NCBI GenBank assembly: GCA_947581805.1
Contig: CANPVM010000002.1
Span: 140,290 to 204,289, forward strand
Direction: 5' to 3'
DNA length: 64,000 bases
Source: an uncultured Clostridia bacterium
GTDB lineage: Bacteria; Bacillota; Clostridia; TANB77; CAG-508
Under the pieces are notes generated by a model. It was not told the DNA's origin, ran no database searches, and worked only from the letters and a program-made list of their open reading frames with translations. Shown one piece after another: positions 1 through 9,460 of this stretch. Numbering within the stretch: the stretch's first letter is position 1; every line of letters begins with the position of its first letter. The position numbers were made by a program, and so were the translations under genes.

Positions 1-427
1 TTAATGTACAAGAAGATAGCATAACAATTACTTTTCCTTCTTTATTTTTTTTCATAATAGTTAAAAAATTATTCAATATAATTACTAAAGAGCGTAATGA
101 AATATTAATATCTTTATTAAATTTTTCCCATGTAATTTTTGAAAATTTTATATTCTCATACTTTCCTGCTGGTAAATGAACAATATGTGTAGGAATCTTT
201 CCTGTATTTTTTATTTCTTCGACAAATTGATTAGTTCCTTCTTCATCTAAAAAATTCCCATATATTAAAACTAATTTATCTCCTAATTTCTCTTTTAATG
301 TCACTAATTTTTCATTGTCATTCACATGGTGTGCTATGATATAGTCGTAATTTTTTGCTACTTCTGTAATTAATTGTACTCCTATGTCTGAAGATGCTCC
401 TGTAACTAATAACACCTTATTCTCCAT
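1..427 (-). CDS. Short-chain dehydrogenase/reductase (FabG-like), partial; continues beyond the window start
   Basis: The minus-strand translation from the ATG at 427 begins MENKVLLVTGASSDIG..., the Rossmann TGxxxGxG motif of SDRs. The start overlaps the stop of the MaoC-like gene by about 10 nt. Confidence 0.6.
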   Translation of the reverse strand, partial: MENKVLLVTGASSDIGVQLITEVAKNYDYIIAHHVNDNEKLVTLKEKLGDKLVLIYGNFLDEEGTNQFVEEIKNTGKIPTHIVHLPAGKYENIKFSKITWEKFNKDINISLRSLVIILNNFLTIMKKNKEGKVIVMLSSCTL

Positions 428-878
428 CTAAAACACCTACTTTCATAATTCCCCTTAATACCTTTTCTTGATTTTTATTGAATATTGAAACGTTTATTGT
501 AATTTGTTTGAAATTATCATTTATTTCTGTTACTTTTCCTTTTACTGTTAAAGGACTATCTGAAATAAATACAGGCTTTTTAAATATAACTTCTACACTA
601 TGTATTAAACTATATTTTCCCGGTAGATAAACTCCTGCTAAAGTTGATAAAAAAGATGATGTTAGCATTCCATATACTACTTTTTCTTCATATCCTTTTG
701 ATTTTGCATATGTTAAGTTGTTATGTAGTGGATTTGAATCTCCTGTTATTTCTAAGAATTTGTTCATTGTTTCTTCTGTAATTTCTACGCTAAAACTTTC
801 TTCCATTCCTACCTTTATATCTCTAAATGTGTATATTCCCGTGTGTGTGTGTGTGTGTGTGTGTGTGTACAGTATCAA
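417..878 (-). CDS. MaoC-like (hot-dog fold) dehydratase with a (Thr-His)n N-terminus encoded by a GT/AC dinucleotide repeat
   Basis: The 153-aa ORF reads ...IKVGMEESFSVEITEETMNKFLEITGDSNPLHNN..., typical of MaoC/(R)-hydratase family proteins. In this frame the only start is TTG at 878. An SD-preceded ATG at 888-886 lies in another frame. Confidence 0.6.
   Translation of the reverse strand: MILYTHTHTHTHTGIYTFRDIKVGMEESFSVEITEETMNKFLEITGDSNPLHNNLTYAKSKGYEEKVVYGMLTSSFLSTLAGVYLPGKYSLIHSVEVIFKKPVFISDSPLTVKGKVTEINDNFKQITINVSIFNKNQEKVLRGIMKVGVLDGE
841..868. repeat. (GT)14 dinucleotide microsatellite within the 5' end of the MaoC-like gene
   Basis: A perfect gt x14 tract read directly from the sequence. 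It is translated as THTHTHTHT on the minus strand. Confidence 0.9.
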
Positions 879-984
879 GGGTTTCCATTGTACTTCTTTT
901 TTCCTCCTTATTTTTTTATTTTGTATTTATTTTTTCATTCAATACTTTTTCATTACATATTTTTTTATAATGATTCATCATAGT

Positions 985-1990
985 CTTTATTAGTTATTTT
1001 CTTATAATCTTGTTTGAATCTTTTATATTCATTATCCCAAGAAGCATAATTTTCATCACCTCTATAATCTGGTAATTCATAATTTTCTTTTAAGTATTTA
1101 GCAAAGTATAATGTATATTTTGTTGCACCATAGACGTTTAGATGTGCATAATTATAAAAAAATCTGTATGATAACTAATGTTGTTTAATTTTTTCTCTAA
1201 ATTGCAATTAATAACTTTAAATCCATTTTCCTGTATAATTTTAACTGCACTATTTCATCTTTCTATTTTTCCTTCCTCAAAAATTCTTTTAGGTATTACA
1301 AATAAGACATTTATATCATTTTCTTTTATATATTTTATCAAATCACAGAGTATTTTATTACTTTCATTTTCTAGTTCAATAACATCGTTTGACCATGTAT
1401 ATTTATCTATGGAATCTATTATTGTTGTACCTTCATTAAATAGATACCCTTTATATAAGTCTGTTTTATTAGTTATACTATCTTTTGAAATGTTTTTCCA
1501 TTTATTACGATATAATAAAAAGCTATAATAAAAATTAAGATATTCTTTTTGATTTATATCTTTTTTATACTTTAATATATCATTTATGGCATCTATCTTA
1601 TTTTGGCAAAATTTCATAGTATTGTATCAGTAGTTTTCCTAATTTCTTCTGTTGTAAATGATTCTATAGTATTGGCAACTAATGCTATATCAATAACATA
1701 TAAATATGGATTTTGAGATTTTTCAATTTCTTTTATGCAGTATTTTGTTAGTGCAAATGGTTGTGTACTAGTTGAAAATAGACAAGTAGTATATCCATAT
1801 AAATTATAGGTTAACATCGTATTAAAATGTGCAAAAACATTACTACTTCCTATATACGCAACATCTATAGAAATTTTTTGGTTCTTTATAAAAATATGTA
1901 ATAAAAAATGTCTCTATCCAAAGTATATGATATACAGTAAAAATAAAATAAAAAAATTAGTAAAAATGTAATTGTTTTTATTATTTTTTT
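985..1990 (-). pseudogene. Decayed paralog of the DltD-like/SGNH-type gene at 5709-6728, with multiple frame breaks
   Basis: The fragment ORFs at 1614-1817 and 1255-1617 and the untranslated stretches at about 985-1190 and 1818-1985 align collinearly with the 5709-6728 protein. Matches include VAYIGSSNVFAHFN, YVIDIALV, FYYSFLLYRNKWKNISK and NYAHLNVYGATKYT. The breaks are not at CGG codons. Confidence 0.6.
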
Positions 1991-2009
1991 ATTTTTTCTT
2001 GGTCTCCTT

Positions 2010-3552
2010 TTAAAATTGTTTATAAATAAATGCTGTTGCATCATAACCTGCACCATAACAACCAAATATGATAATAGTGAAAATTAGTGTATATAATACT
2101 CCCCATCGAAATACAATATTTTGCTCTAATAATTTTTCTCTTACGTCTCTTCTTCTTGCTAAGAATTGCATCATAAATAAGATTATTAATGAAACAAATA
2201 ATACTGCTAAATCATAAAAATCTAATCCAATATTACTTATCATATTTAATAACATTTCTTTATTCATTAATGATTGTATGTTAATTGTAAACATATTTTT
2301 TATAATTTCTATAGCATTTGATACACTATTTGCTCTAAAGAAAATCATAGCAAAAGAAAATAACAAATAAGTTCTTATTACTTGATATAACTTATAACTA
2401 AATACTTCTGTATTAATTCCTAATTTATTATTAATCTTTTTTGATATTGGTCCGTAATATATCTTCTAAAAACATAAATATAAATTGCAATATTCCTGAA
2501 CCAATAATAAATTTATATTCTCCACCATGCCAAGCACCAATTAATATCCACATAATTAGCATTGATAGATACATTGGTATTTTCTTTGCTGCTTTTTTAC
2601 CAAATTTTGCTTTACATTTTTTTGCTAGGTTCTGCATAGCATCTGATTTTAATAATGGATAGAATATATAATCTTTAAGCCATGCCCCTAATGTAATATG
2701 CCAGTTTCTCCATAGTTCTGTAATAGTTCTTGAGAAAAATGGAAGATTAAAGTTTTCTGGCAATTTGATACCTATAATTTCAGATATTCCCATAATTACA
2801 TCAATAGAACCAGAAAAATTAGTATATAGTTGCATTACAAACGCCATGGCAGCTGCAATAATAAAGATAAATGTAAACATTTCTAAATTTCCATAAATAG
2901 CATCTACAAACATACCTAATCTTTGAGAAATTACTAATATTTTAAATAGTCCCCATAGAATTCTAATTAGTCCTCTACACAATGTATCATAATGTAGTTT
3001 GTGTCCTTCATATAATTGTTTTCCTACACTATCATAGCGAATAAATGGTCCTGATGTTAAAATTGGGAAATATGACATAAATAAAGCACACTTAAATATA
3101 TTTTTTTCTGCTTTGCAAGTACCTCGATAAACATCTACTAAGTAGCCTATCATAATTAATGAATAGTAACTAATACCTATTAATGAATTTCGTTGTACAA
3201 AGGTAAATTGATAATCTATATTTAACAAGTTATTGATATGATTTGCTGTTGCTAAAAATAAATTGGTATATTTTAAGTAAATTAGTTGTGCTAGTATAAT
3301 AATAATACCTAAAATCAAGATTTTTTTACCTTGTTTTGTATTTGTATGATTTTCTATTTTTCTTCCTAATATGTAACTTGGAACAAGAATAACTAAGGCT
3401 TGTATTACTGTACTGATATGTAGGTTATCATAAAATAAAAAGATAATACTTGAAATTAATAAGACTACCCATTGAAATTTTTTAGGCATTATAAAATAAA
3501 TGCATAATGTTATAACTACATAACATAAAAAAAATAATGATGTTAAATTCAT
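2010..3552 (-). CDS. MBOAT family membrane O-acyltransferase (DltB/AlgI-like) #2; needs a +1 shift at the in-frame CGG at 2452-2454
   Basis: The 373-aa ORF is multi-TM with MBOAT features and ends ...DILRTNIKKD* just after an in-frame CGG. Skipping the C gives ...DILGPISKK...YLLFSFAMIFFRANSV..., which runs into the 118-aa ORF carrying the conserved C-terminal FFRA motif. MBOAT#1 has the equivalent VIFRADN. Confidence 0.65.
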
Positions 3553-3553
3553 A

Positions 3554-3802
3554 TTATTTTCCCTCTATTCTGTCTAAAATGATATCTACCATTTCACCAA
3601 CGTTTTTCATTGTTGTTACTTCATTCATGTTGAATTTCATTCCAAATTCTTGCTCTACTGCTACTACTAGATTGATGTGTTCTAGGCTATCCCAATCTTC
3701 AATATCGTTTGATGTTGTTTCTTCTGTTACTACAATACTTTCATCATCAAATATATCTCTAAATACCTTATTTAATCTTTCAAATACTTCTTCTCTTTTC
3801 AT
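3554..3802 (-). CDS. Acyl/peptidyl carrier protein (DltC-like)
   Basis: The 82-aa protein has the phosphopantetheine-attachment motif DWDSLEH and sits immediately downstream of the FkbH-like gene. Confidence 0.7.
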   Translation of the reverse strand: MKREEVFERLNKVFRDIFDDESIVVTEETTSNDIEDWDSLEHINLVVAVEQEFGMKFNMNEVTTMKNVGEMVDIILDRIEGK

Positions 3803-3805
3803 TTT

Positions 3806-5587
3806 TTATTCCTCCACTTCAATTACATTATTTTTATTTGTATATCCTTTTGAGATATCTAATTTATAGGTTTTGTTTCCTTGTTCATCACAAGATATTT
3901 CTTCAAAACCTTGTAAATCATAGAAATTGTTTACCATTTTATTTTTTAAAGTTGGATAATAATAGCCATAAATTGTTTTTATATTTCTTTCTTTTGCTTT
4001 TTTTACCAACTCATCCATCATAGCAAATTCCATGTTTCTTTTTAACACTCTACAACTCATAATCCATAAATCTATATGTAGTTCATCTTCATTTTTAATG
4101 TTACCAATAACAACTGTAATAACGCCATTATCTCCAAAAATGTCTTCTAATTTTCCATATAGTTTTATATAGGTATCATCTTGATTGACTGATTCAATGT
4201 CTGCTAATGAATATCTTTTTGTTGTTAAGTTAAATTGATTACTTTTATTACTTAGTTGTGAAATTCTTTCCAAGTAAATTGGTTTAAATGTTGTGATTTC
4301 TGCTTTCATTTTTAATGAAAGTAAATAATCATCATAATTATCAAAGGTTGCCATCATTTGGCTTCTTTTGGCATTGTCTTTATACATTTCACTTTTCTTT
4401 AAGTCTTCGTTAGAAAAGTTGGTTACTTCAAAGTATCCATTATGGTCAATTATTTTTATATAGTTTTCTGGCACATCAATTTCAGGTGTTGAAAGTCCTT
4501 CTACATAGTCTTTACATATTTGTCTTTCTGCTGGGTTATCATCTACAAATACAAAACTATCTGCTCCTAAATTTAGTTCTTCTGCTATATCTTTTATATT
4601 TAGGTTTTTAGGATTCCAATTTGCTTTTATTATAATAAAGTCTTCTGGCTTTAAGGTTCCTGCTGGGTGGTTTAGGCCTGCTATTGCATTTTCATATTCA
4701 TTTTTGGAGTTGATATTTAATATAACACCTAAACTTTTATGTTCTTTTAAATAGTTTTGAAATTCTGTGTAAACTTGTCCACTTGGTACCTCTGGCCCAA
4801 TTTTCAAGTTTTCTACTCCATCATCTCCAACAATTCCTCCCCACAAAGTGTTATCTAAGTCTAATACAAAGGCTTTTTTATTTTTTCCATAAATTGATTT
4901 GATAATGTTTGCTAAGTTAAATGATAAATATGGAATGGCTGGTACTTCCATTGCGTATTTATACATATGCCAATAAAATTGATTTGACCATTTGTCTAGT
5001 CCATAACAAGATGATACATAGTTTATATCATTTATAAAGAAATTTTTGGTTTGGTTAGCATAGTCATAGAATTTTTGATTTAATCTTGTTATAAAGTTTG
5101 TTTTTCCGTGAATATCTACTGCATCTTTATTTCCTAGTAAACGATAGTATGGATATTCAAAGTTATTTTGAATGATGCTAACATTGAATTTTGAAAATAA
5201 CTTGTCCCACATTTTTTTAAATTTTTCATATTCAAAATTAAGTTTTTCTTCTACCATTTTTTCGTCATCATACATAATTGGATATTGTATAATATTTCTA
5301 TTGCTAGTGTGTATGTATATAATGTCTGGTTTAAAGTTATCTAATTCTTCGTTTCCAAACATAGCATCTTCATAAAATTTATTATATTCTGATTCATAAA
5401 ATGTAGGTTTTATGCCATAGTTTAACAAAAATAGTTCTAACATATTTTTTATTTCACTTGTGGTGGAGCCACCTAATATTGCTATGTTTTTTTCTAATAA
5501 ACCTGGTTTTAGCAATAGTTCTTTTTTTATTTTTCTTTTGTTTTTCATGATGTAATTTACATCAAATGGATATTCTAGTTTTTTCAT
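3806..5587 (-). CDS. FkbH-like domain protein (HAD-superfamily enzyme that loads a glyceryl unit onto a carrier protein)
   Basis: The 593-aa protein has the HAD motif I FVLDLDNTLWGGIVGDDGVENLKIG that is characteristic of FkbH/OzmB-type enzymes. It lies directly upstream of the ACP gene. Confidence 0.6.
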   Translation of the reverse strand: MKKLEYPFDVNYIMKNKRKIKKELLLKPGLLEKNIAILGGSTTSEIKNMLELFLLNYGIKPTFYESEYNKFYEDAMFGNEELDNFKPDIIYIHTSNRNIIQYPIMYDDEKMVEEKLNFEYEKFKKMWDKLFSKFNVSIIQNNFEYPYYRLLGNKDAVDIHGKTNFITRLNQKFYDYANQTKNFFINDINYVSSCYGLDKWSNQFYWHMYKYAMEVPAIPYLSFNLANIIKSIYGKNKKAFVLDLDNTLWGGIVGDDGVENLKIGPEVPSGQVYTEFQNYLKEHKSLGVILNINSKNEYENAIAGLNHPAGTLKPEDFIIIKANWNPKNLNIKDIAEELNLGADSFVFVDDNPAERQICKDYVEGLSTPEIDVPENYIKIIDHNGYFEVTNFSNEDLKKSEMYKDNAKRSQMMATFDNYDDYLLSLKMKAEITTFKPIYLERISQLSNKSNQFNLTTKRYSLADIESVNQDDTYIKLYGKLEDIFGDNGVITVVIGNIKNEDELHIDLWIMSCRVLKRNMEFAMMDELVKKAKERNIKTIYGYYYPTLKNKMVNNFYDLQGFEEISCDEQGNKTYKLDISKGYTNKNNVIEVEE

Positions 5588-5708
5588 TTCTATACCTCTT
5601 ATACTTTTTATATTTTTCTGTTTTATAGAAGTTTAATTTTACAATACAAAACCCTAAATAACAATATTTTGCAAAGAAAGTTGTTAAAATTATACAAATG
5701 CAGTGTTT

Positions 5709-6728
5709 TTACAATAGATTTTCAAAATCTTCTCCTATTACTTTCTCATAATTATTTTTAAATCTAATATATTCATTCTCCCATGAATTATAAAGTTCAT
5801 CATTTCTATGGTCAGGTAAATCATAATATTTTTTTAAGTATTCCGAAAAATATTTTGTATATTTTGTTGCTCCCCATACATTTAGATGTGCAGAATTGTA
5901 AAAATCTTTACTATAGTCAACTTTAAAATCTTCTAATGTATTAAAATTAATTACATCAAAACCATTTTCTTGTATAATAGATATTGCGCAATTAATACTT
6001 CCAACATTTTTAAAGACTCTACTAGGAACTACAAATAATACATTCAATTTATTTGCTTTAATATAATCAAGCAAGTCCTCTAATATTTCTTTATTTTCTT
6101 GTTTTAATCTTGTTTTTTCATTATTCCATTGATACTCATTTTGTTTTTCTACTTTATAGGTTCCTTCATCAAAAAGATATCCTTTATATAGTGTTTCATT
6201 ACCCACAATGTTTATTTTACTAATATTTTTCCATTTGTTGTGATATAGTAAAAAACTAAAATAATAGTTTATATAGTCTTCTTTTTTTAAATCTGTATAT
6301 TTTAACATACCATTAATTGCATCTATTCTGTTTTTAGAATTTTTTAAAGAGTCAATCACATTTCTTTGATACCCTTCTTTATCTTCACTAAACTCATCTC
6401 CTACTCTTGCTATATCTATTACATATAATTCAGGATTTTGATATTTTTTTGATTCTTCCAATAAATACTTAATTGCTGAAAAAGGTTGCGCATTTGTAGC
6501 TAACAAACTTACTGTAAAACCATGTAAATCATATGCTAATGGAGCATTATAGTGTGCAAGAACATTACTTGAACCTACATAAACAACGTCTATAGAATTT
6601 TTAGGTTCATCATAAAAATAGCCAACGTTTGCTTTTTCCAACCATAATACTTTGAAAACAATACTCCATAAAATGTAAAATATAATTAAAAATACTATAA
6701 ATTTAATGAATTTTATAATTTTTTTCAT
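5709..6728 (-). CDS. DltD-like/SGNH-fold extracytoplasmic acyl-transfer protein
   Basis: The 339-aa protein has an N-terminal TM anchor, a GSSN block (VVYVGSSNV) and a C-terminal D-x5-H block (DFYNSAHLNVWG). It is the terminal gene of a carrier-protein/MBOAT module. Confidence 0.45.
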   Translation of the reverse strand: MKKIIKFIKFIVFLIIFYILWSIVFKVLWLEKANVGYFYDEPKNSIDVVYVGSSNVLAHYNAPLAYDLHGFTVSLLATNAQPFSAIKYLLEESKKYQNPELYVIDIARVGDEFSEDKEGYQRNVIDSLKNSKNRIDAINGMLKYTDLKKEDYINYYFSFLLYHNKWKNISKINIVGNETLYKGYLFDEGTYKVEKQNEYQWNNEKTRLKQENKEILEDLLDYIKANKLNVLFVVPSRVFKNVGSINCAISIIQENGFDVINFNTLEDFKVDYSKDFYNSAHLNVWGATKYTKYFSEYLKKYYDLPDHRNDELYNSWENEYIRFKNNYEKVIGEDFENLL

Positions 6729-8153
6729 TTTTATTCTCCTTTAAAACTGTAGTAATGTAAACTAAATTTATGTTGTTTTATTTAATTTTGTTCTTAAAAA
6801 TATCCTTTAAAGTTTAAAGAAAAGGATGATTCTTTATTTTCCCTCAATACAGTAAACTTAAGGTTGATGGACTTTCTATATTTTTATTTCTGACAAGAAG
6901 GATTATAAACTTCTTTTAAATCAATATTTTAAAGAGCACCATAAACATTTAAAAACTATTAAGTCTTGTGATAAAAATCCTATCCAATGATATTCATTGT
7001 CCTAGTTATAATATTCCTCACCAATTTATTTACGACAACACTGGTGGCTATAGTAAATTTTTGTACAGTTTGCGGTTTTCACTTTTTTCGTAAATGATAA
7101 CCGTATTATTGAACTCCGTTGCTCTTATTGTTTCGATACTCTTACTTTAGAGAAAAATTATAAACTTTTTAATATTCATAAGTTCCATAATAATAAATAT
7201 TTTTGCTATTATCTCCTTATGTTATGGATTTATATCTTACTTAGTTAGCTATGGTATGTTTATTTTTTTATAGATGTTATCAAAAGTCTATCTTAGGCTA
7301 TAGAAATTCTGATTCTAGTTCTACATTAAATGTTCCTCTTTTTATAACTAATTTCTTACTTTTTTCCATATAATTCGTCTAAAAATTTTCAGTTATATAA
7401 ATAAATTTGCTATTAACATTATTATTTATTAGATTTTTTCCATAATTTTCTTGTAAATTTTATAATATTTATTATACATCTAATATACTACTTTAGTCAA
7501 TAAAAATATTAATTTATAATTTATATTTTTACATAATAATTATGTAGAAATAATGGTAAAAATACTACACTTTGGAAATATTGAAAAAGTTATCAAAAAA
7601 CTAACAGTAAAAATTAGGTTACTTGAGCTAAAGAATATATTGTTCAAAGAACAAAATAAGAAAGTAAAGACTATTACACTTACTTTACAAAATGAGTTAA
7701 AGGTAAAAAATTTGATTTTGAGTAAAAAATTATATACTTTGAGTTATATATTTTCTTTCACTATAGATAGACAACTACTCATAAAAAATTTCCAATTGTC
7801 TAAATTTTTAGTTTGTTTGGCATATTCTTAATAATGGTAACCATCAATATAAATCAAATTGATAAATATGATTAAAAAAATACAATATATATGCAATACA
7901 AATTTTAATAAAAAAAAAGCCCATATATCATATATATCAATGAAATACAAGCTTATTATTCTTTATAACTATTAAGATATTTATCTGAAAAATTAATTTA
8001 TCAATTCAATTATTAAAATTTTAAAAATTATCATAAGAAGTTTAAAATCTAAACATACTTTCCGATATTCCCTTAATGAACCTTTTCACAACCTCTCTTA
8101 GTTTTATCAAATTTTATATTTATAATAGAATCTTAAATTTTTTTATTTTTTAT

Positions 8154-9443
8154 CTATTCGAACCTCCACACTTTTGCCAAATTGCTTGTTTCATCTCCTT
8201 CAGCATAATTTTCTACTGCTCCTCCATTATACATAATTAGTACTAAGCTAGGATTAAAACTTTTTATATAACTTTTTAAACTCCCATTATAATATCTTAA
8301 ATCGATTATAGATAAGTACTCATTTTCTAATGCTAAAAAAGGTGATACCACATCAGCAAAACTATCTTTTATCATCAATATTTTTTTATTATTTTTTACT
8401 AGCTCATTATGTATTTCAATCAATGGTTTTTCTCCATAAGCATACGCCCCGTATTGGCTAGTAGAATAATAATTACCATATTCAATACGTGACCAATCAA
8501 TAAGAGTATTTTCAAAGCTATCTGTTTTATCAATACCTTTATTTAAGATTTTAATGTTTAATCTTGTATTAAATTTTGGTGTTATTAAGTCAAAATCTTC
8601 TGGCTCAGCATTTTTCAAGCTTACATATCTTCCATCATATCCCAAATACATTTTAGGATATATTTTAATATTATACTTATCAGGATTAATATTTTCTATA
8701 TTTAAATTTAAATTGTATGTATTATTTAAATATTTAGAAATTTCTCCAGCTACCCATAGTCCTGTTTCCGGTAACCAATGGTGATCCGTTTTATAAAACA
8801 ATGATAAATTGTCTAATTTTTTTTGTTTTATAATTTTCCTTAAATCAAGATAATCTATTTTTCCATTAATTTGCTTTAGAAATTTATTTACATTTTTATT
8901 TGTATAATCTCTATATATATTTGATGGCATCGGTTGATTTTCTGATATTTTATATGGTGCTTGTACATATAATAATGTTATATCATTTTCTTTTAGATAT
9001 TTATTAAATTCTATTATGTTATTAGCACATTTATCAACATCTTCTTCATTTTGTATTTGTGATAAATACCCATTTCCTAAATCAACCCTATCAAGTTCAT
9101 TCGAATTAGATACTAATTTATATAACATTAAATCTTTATAGATATATGATAATTCTATAAACTTTTCATATCCTAATAATTGTTCAGATGTATGTGCTTC
9201 AATTTTAGTTTTAATATCTTCTATAATTGTTTCATATTTTTTTAAGATGCTTGCTTTTTTTACAGTTTGTACTTCATCTGCTTCAAATGGAAATAACTTT
9301 TCATAATCTACATTTATACTTGAATTATCTTGCTCTTTTTTTATTATTTTTTTTATGATTGTAATACCTGATAATATCATCATTGCAATCAATACTAAAA
9401 TTATAAAAAATGTAGTAAAATTCTCTATTTTATTCTGTTTCAT
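8154..9443 (-). CDS. DHHW family protein (AlgJ/PatB/DltD-like extracytoplasmic O-acyltransferase partner)
   Basis: The 429-aa protein has an N-terminal TM and the diagnostic motif KTDHHWLPETG. It lies immediately downstream of an MBOAT gene. Confidence 0.65.
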   Translation of the reverse strand: MKQNKIENFTTFFIILVLIAMMILSGITIIKKIIKKEQDNSSINVDYEKLFPFEADEVQTVKKASILKKYETIIEDIKTKIEAHTSEQLLGYEKFIELSYIYKDLMLYKLVSNSNELDRVDLGNGYLSQIQNEEDVDKCANNIIEFNKYLKENDITLLYVQAPYKISENQPMPSNIYRDYTNKNVNKFLKQINGKIDYLDLRKIIKQKKLDNLSLFYKTDHHWLPETGLWVAGEISKYLNNTYNLNLNIENINPDKYNIKIYPKMYLGYDGRYVSLKNAEPEDFDLITPKFNTRLNIKILNKGIDKTDSFENTLIDWSRIEYGNYYSTSQYGAYAYGEKPLIEIHNELVKNNKKILMIKDSFADVVSPFLALENEYLSIIDLRYYNGSLKSYIKSFNPSLVLIMYNGGAVENYAEGDETSNLAKVWRFE

Positions 9444-9460
9444 AATTATAGTCTCCCTTT

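Noticed and set aside
718-993. Plus-strand ORFs such as 718-993, 1178-1528, 2441-2662, 3537-3869, 5172-5375, 8554-8784, 15258-15530, 16122-16388, 17647-18046, 20388-20877, 36379-36705, 38063-38341 and 44652-45313
   Set aside because: They lie antisense to well-supported minus-strand genes. They have low-complexity or hydrophobic composition typical of AT-rich antisense frames and no motifs. The other small plus-strand ORFs in the track are of the same kind.
7553-7831. A 92-aa plus-strand ORF in the long intergenic gap
   Set aside because: It is K-rich and low-complexity with no RBS or recognisable fold. I treated it as non-coding.
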